A stretch of DNA of 32,238 nucleotides from Reclinomonas americana ATCC 50394 (taxonomy: Eukaryota), in the NCBI GenBank assembly GCA_048213135.1, contig PS015720.1, forward strand, positions 11,810 through 44,047. The letters run 5' to 3'. How positions within the stretch are numbered: the stretch's first letter is position 1; every line of letters starts with the position of its first letter. Positions 27,601 to 32,238 of this stretch are shown in pieces. A program made the translations under genes and the position numbers. The notes below the pieces were generated by a model, which worked only from the letters and a program-made list of their open reading frames with translations, was not told where the DNA came from and ran no database searches.

Positions 27601-30308
27601 CGGGAGCTGGATGACACGCTGAGCACAGACGGCCCGGCATGGATGTTGTGCTTGTGTCCGCGACTCACGTCGGTGAGTGGCGCGGCGTCTGCGGTGTGCT
27701 TCGCGGCTTCGCATCACTCACCAGTCGGACTACCGTCATCTCGCAGCTCGACGTGCGTAGCAACGACATTCAGGAACGCGGCATCAACAGCCTGTTGCAG
27801 GCACTTGAGCGACACCCGTCTCTTCGACACCTCGACACGAGCTTCAATCATGCTGGTCCACGCACAGCGTCGGTCCTCAGCCGCTTCCTGCACCAGAACC
27901 GCGCTGTACTCAATCTCCAAATGGAGGGTGTCGGCGACTTTTCGCCAAGCGATGCTGTTGACCTTGGACGCGCGTTGCAACACAACGAGTCGCTTCGCGT
28001 CCTCAATCTGCGACACACCACCGCCAGCGCGCCGACGGTGGAGGTTTGGCGAACCTTGCACCTGCTGACTGACATGATGCAGAGAGGGTTCATCGTTGCT
28101 GTGTTGCATGCAGGCTGTTCTGGATGGTGCGCTTCGTAGCCAATCGCTGGTGGAACTCAGCGAGACGTGGGCCGCTGAACCACATCGCGGTCTGCAGCAG
28201 CATCTGGCGAATAACATGCACCAGGCCACGAGGTGACATACACATGCATGTGTGGCCAGTGGTCTGTACAATTCTCACGTCTCCATGGCGCGCACAGTGT
28301 GGCGAGGCAAGAGGCTGTGGCGTTCTGGCGGAGTGTGGCTGCTGCCGAAGGTGACATGCACGGCGCAGGCGAGGACGAGGGTGAGGAGATGCAGGTGGCG
28401 GAGAATCCGACCTCGGTTAACGAAGTCGTGTCGGACCCCGACCTGGTGTCCGACCCGTCAGAAGAGGAGCAGGAGGAGGAGGAGGAAGAGGGTGAGATTG
28501 ATGGGGAGGCGGAGGAAGGAGAAGACGAACAGGTGGAGGTGGTGGCAGAGGAAGACCGAGGTGGTCTGAGCGAGGCTGAGCGGCAAGCGCGTGATGCGGA
28601 GCGGAGCCGTGCACGAGGTTTGCTGTCACATCGGCTTGCACACAATTCCCCGCAGGTATTCACAGCGATCTTGTGTTTTTGCCCTGTAGAGCGACGAAGA
28701 CGCGCAGCAAAAGTGGCTCGACTGCGGCGAAAGCTGGAACGCATCGAGGAGCTCCAGGTTTCGTCCTTTTTTTTTGCCACTTCGCGGCGACATGTTCGCT
28801 GATGCTTGCTTGTCCGCCTGTAGCGCGAGTTGAGGAGTCTGCCGGTTGATGACGTCGATCCAGCAGAGGCGGAGGTCTGTGTGTGTACGAGAGAGCGCTT
28901 GTTGTGCACTTGACTAAGGGTGTGCGGTTCATTTTCAGCTGCTTCAGGCACTCGCACCTCGCCCGCTCGCTGCGGCGCCCGTCGAGTGGGTTCGTGAATT
29001 CGAAAGCATGCTGGTGGAGGATTGTCGGGGGCAAGTGGACTCGTACTTGATGGTTCGGCGAGAGTTCCTGTTGTTCTCGTGAGTTGTGCACACGCGCTCA
29101 CTGTGACCACCCGCAGAGAATACGTGCAGAGCACGAACGGGAACTGCGGCTGCGAGTGACGGAAGAGAGAGAACGCGCCGATGCGATGATACTGCAGGTT
29201 CGGCGTGAGGTGGAAGCCGAAGCCGAACGCAAGGTTGCCGCCATGCGTGAACAGGTGGACCGTATGATACGTACTCGAGCGGCGCCCTATGTCGGTAGGG
29301 AGAGCATGCGTTCGACGGGCCGTGTGTCGTTCTTAACATGGTGTGGGTGCGCAGGACCACTGTATCCTGCTGGCTCGCCGGGTGCCCTTGTTGGACTGTC
29401 GGTGGACGCTGAGGATACCGTTCCCCAACAAGCACCACCCTGTCGTTTGTTGCCGGTCTCGTTTGCTCTCCGCGCGTTTGCGCATGGGGCGACGGTTCGC
29501 CTCATCTCTTCATGCTTCTTCTTCTTTTATTTCTGTCGTGTACTCATTGCCTTCATGTCGCTCTCGTGTGCACTGCAGAAGTCTGGCCCGCGAGAGCTGA
29601 TGGTGAGTGGCGGAGAGTTGCACTCCCTCGCCATGTGATTGTGCGTTGCTGACGACTCCTCAGGTTGTACATTTCCCTCTGTCTGTGCGCGTGACTGTCG
29701 ACCGGCACGGTGCTGTGCGCGCCGAGTCCGATACCGTTCCCCTCGTTAAACGTCGTCGGCGTGTGGCTCTGTCTGGTGAGGAGTGATGCACTTTATTTTC
29801 GTGTCTTCTTCGCTCACGTGACTCGCTCTTGCAGGTCAGCTGCTTCTGGCCTCCGGTCGTGTCACGACGGTGCGCGTGCTCATGCAGTGCTTTGCCGGCG
29901 CCCAGGTGGCAGCCGGCACTGCGCCATGTTGCGTCGCTCCTGTGCAAAGTGTATGTGATGCTCCTTGCCGCCGCCACCGCTGCTCACGCACACAGCGCAG
30001 TGTACGAGCAGGAAACACGACTGGCAGGATGGCGATCCAGCAGCGAACCCACGGTCGATGTTTTGCTTGAGGCGCCCACCGAGGCCGCCTCTCTGCTGGA
30101 CACGGTGGGGGCCTACACAATGGTGGTGACGGCGTCTGACGAGGCCAACCCGGCAGCATCACTGGCTGTTCTTCATCTCCGCTTCCGTTGCGCATACTGT
30201 CGTTCTTCTCTACACATGCATGTGCGTATGGCCACTGACGAGTGGTTTAAACACGCACAGAGGTGGTGGAACACTGGCAGAAACGGAGAGATTTGTAACC
30301 GTGCGTAA
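24640..30308 (+). CDS. Large multi-exon ribonuclease-inhibitor-like (RNI/NLRC3-type) leucine-rich-repeat protein with disordered linkers, an acidic tract and a C-terminal coiled coil; 3' extent uncertain
   Basis: LRR motifs LSELDL|SYNDL, LNSLSLAGNPLDD, LFVLDMSGCRLSGAG, LSVVRLGSNAIKG, LTELNLWNAGLG, LRRLVVSRNELGD, ISQLDVRSNDIQERG, LRHLDTSFNHAG, LRVLNLRHT across GT-AG-separated exons; Glu-rich tract ~28460-28550; coiled coil ~29117-29270. Exons after about 29350 may belong to this or a separate gene. Confidence 0.75.
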
Positions 30309-30414
30309 TAAACTCAATTGTGTGTCGCGTGCATGAGAGGAGCATTGATATTACAACAACATCATTATACTAAGTGCCGCTCGCGCACTATTGCGCAACA
30401 TGCGGTCGGGACGC

Positions 30415-32238
30415 TCATCTTTCACTGCCCCACATTACTGGTGGCTGAACCAAGCTGTCCGACCATGTGCGAGCTGCGGCGGGTTGGTCACCCGCTCCAT
30501 TCCACCCACTCCGAATCTGTTGTGGTGTACTGCTCCGCTGTGCTTGCCGTTGTTGCTGCACCGGTGGCTACAGCAGCAACGCGCAGAGTCAGCAAAACAG
30601 ATGTCATCGATAGAGAGAGAGAAAAAAAACTCCTACTCACCAACTCCACTGGCAGCAGAGTGATGCAGCCGGCATGTGCAGCGGCTACGTCGGTACGCCA
30701 ATCGCGAATTCGATCGAGCCAGTTGCGATTGTCAACGTCGACGCTCACCGACACGAGACCTGCACGGGCCAAGTTCTGTGCACTCAGCTCGAGAAGCACA
30801 GGTGCGGGACCGTTCGAAGTCGGCGTTGAGGGAGAGTGCCCGGTCGGAGTGGTATTGCCTCCTCCACCCAAACTCATCGACGAGTTTCGCGTGTGTGGTG
30901 TGAAGCCGCGTGATGGCGAAGCAGTCGCCGACGTCATCTGCGATACGAGTGAGCACCGAGGTGGAGAGGATACTTGTGAGGCGAGGAAGGCGAAAATCGT
31001 CAACGCACTGTTCGGGGATTATTGTGAGGCAGGGCTTCGTTGACAGAATGCGTGCTCCCGATGCCGCCGTCAATCAGCGACCCGATCACACTGTCCGACG
31101 CCGCCCAGTTCGACCGATCCGATCCGGCCGCGCCCCCTTGTGGGCTATTCAAGTCGGTACGGCCGACAAAGAGCAATGCCGGTGATAATCGCTGGTTCTT
31201 GGAGGGCGGTGTCGACGGCCGGATGCTCGCCGAGTGCGGTGGCAAGCTCGACAGAACCATGCGTCCAGTGGCGGGTTTCCGCAACTTGCAGCCCTGTGCC
31301 AGCGCAAGAGGTTGCGGCTGATGCTGTTGTGGGTACTGTTGCGGAGCCAGCTGCTGCAGCGGCAGCAGTGGAACAATGGAGGGTCGCGCCACCGACACCT
31401 GTGACGGCGACTTGGTTGGCTTGTCACCTGGCCTCGTGCCGGCCTGCTGACGCGCCAGCATTGCCTCGTCGTCAGCCGAGTCGCCCGGAGCCGGCGGTGA
31501 CTCCCGCTCCGGCGGCTGTAGTACTTCACCACCGCCCACTGCCGACGGGTAGTACTCGTCGGCCGGCGACGCGTGTGCTTGTAATGATGGAGTGGCGTAC
31601 ACCGCACGCGGAGCGTGCACATCGGGAGAAGCCGAGGCGAAACGCGACGGTGACACGATTTCGCCAGGAACCGCCAAGTCTCCACCCAACTTTGTCATGC
31701 TGTCTCCACCGCCACTATCTCCACCGCCAGGGTCTGCGTTGGGTGGCAACGGCGGACCAAAGCCCGACTGCATATCGTCGAGGCCGGAGCCCTTGACGTG
31801 TGACGACAACGACATTCGGCGACTGGTCAACAGTGCCAGCGACAACTTGCGCATCGATCGCGAGCGGATTGACTGCCGCCCCGTAAAGTTGGAGGTCAGA
31901 GTCTGTAGCACGTCCTCACCATCGTCTATCGTGCTGCCTGTTGGACGGAATCGCTGGGCAGCCGCCGACCGAAATGTCGTTGGAGTGTGCGGTGTGCGGG
32001 AGGCACAGAGACCTGCATCACGGAGCAAGAGAGACAGGATGAGTACACCGAGTGTGACGGGGGGTGGGGCGTCGACGATGACGGCGTCGGCGTGTGTGTG
32101 CGTGTGTGCGTGTGTGTGAAAAGTTGTCGACACGCACCCATGCGGCTCCTGGTGCGTCTGGCACGACGATCCCACACGTGTATGACGTGTGCGGTCGTAC
32201 ACGCTCTTTCTGTGTTCCTGTGACCCTTGGAGCACTGG
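30415..32238 (-). CDS. 3' portion of a multi-exon Ser/Pro/Gly-rich low-complexity protein continuing beyond the window
   Basis: Long ORF 31000-32235 with an internal CA-rich intron; GTGCGT...CAG intron at ~31008-30938; exon ~30937-30641 ending at a GTGAGT donor; final exon to TGA at 30415-30417. No domain recognised. Confidence 0.55.

Noticed and set aside
24640-30308. LRR gene as a second NLR or the partner of the NACHT-WD40 protein
   Set aside because: No NTPase motif, about 12 kb away with unrelated genes between, and no sequence evidence of linkage.

Overview
Eukaryotic genomic DNA from a gene-dense, GC-rich, intron-rich organism, probably a protist; the taxon cannot be determined from sequence. 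Introns are short GT-AG (mostly about 40-90 nt) and there are five N gaps. Splicing the ORF fragments by hand gives about eight genes: (1) the 3' part of a long Ser/Pro-rich disordered protein (+); (2) an NLR-like NACHT-type NTPase / pentapeptide-repeat / WD40 protein (-) whose predicted N-terminus reads MAPRHVMRLRGG|GCCVSR, a ubiquitin-tail mimic followed by a cryptic myristoylation/palmitoylation signal; (3) a His/Gln-rich probable bZIP transcription factor (-), with its core hidden by a gap; (4) a protein with a divergent RRM-like domain (-); (5) a small Cnl2/Nkp2-like kinetochore protein (+); (6) condensin II subunit CAP-D3 (-); (7) a large ribonuclease-inhibitor-type LRR protein (+), divergent from CAP-D3; (8) the 3' part of another low-complexity protein (-). 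A shared E2F-like motif (ATTTCSC..CGCGACT) lies upstream of three gene starts. No CRISPR array, RNA gene or transposase was recognised. All family calls come from motifs recognised by eye, not from database searches.
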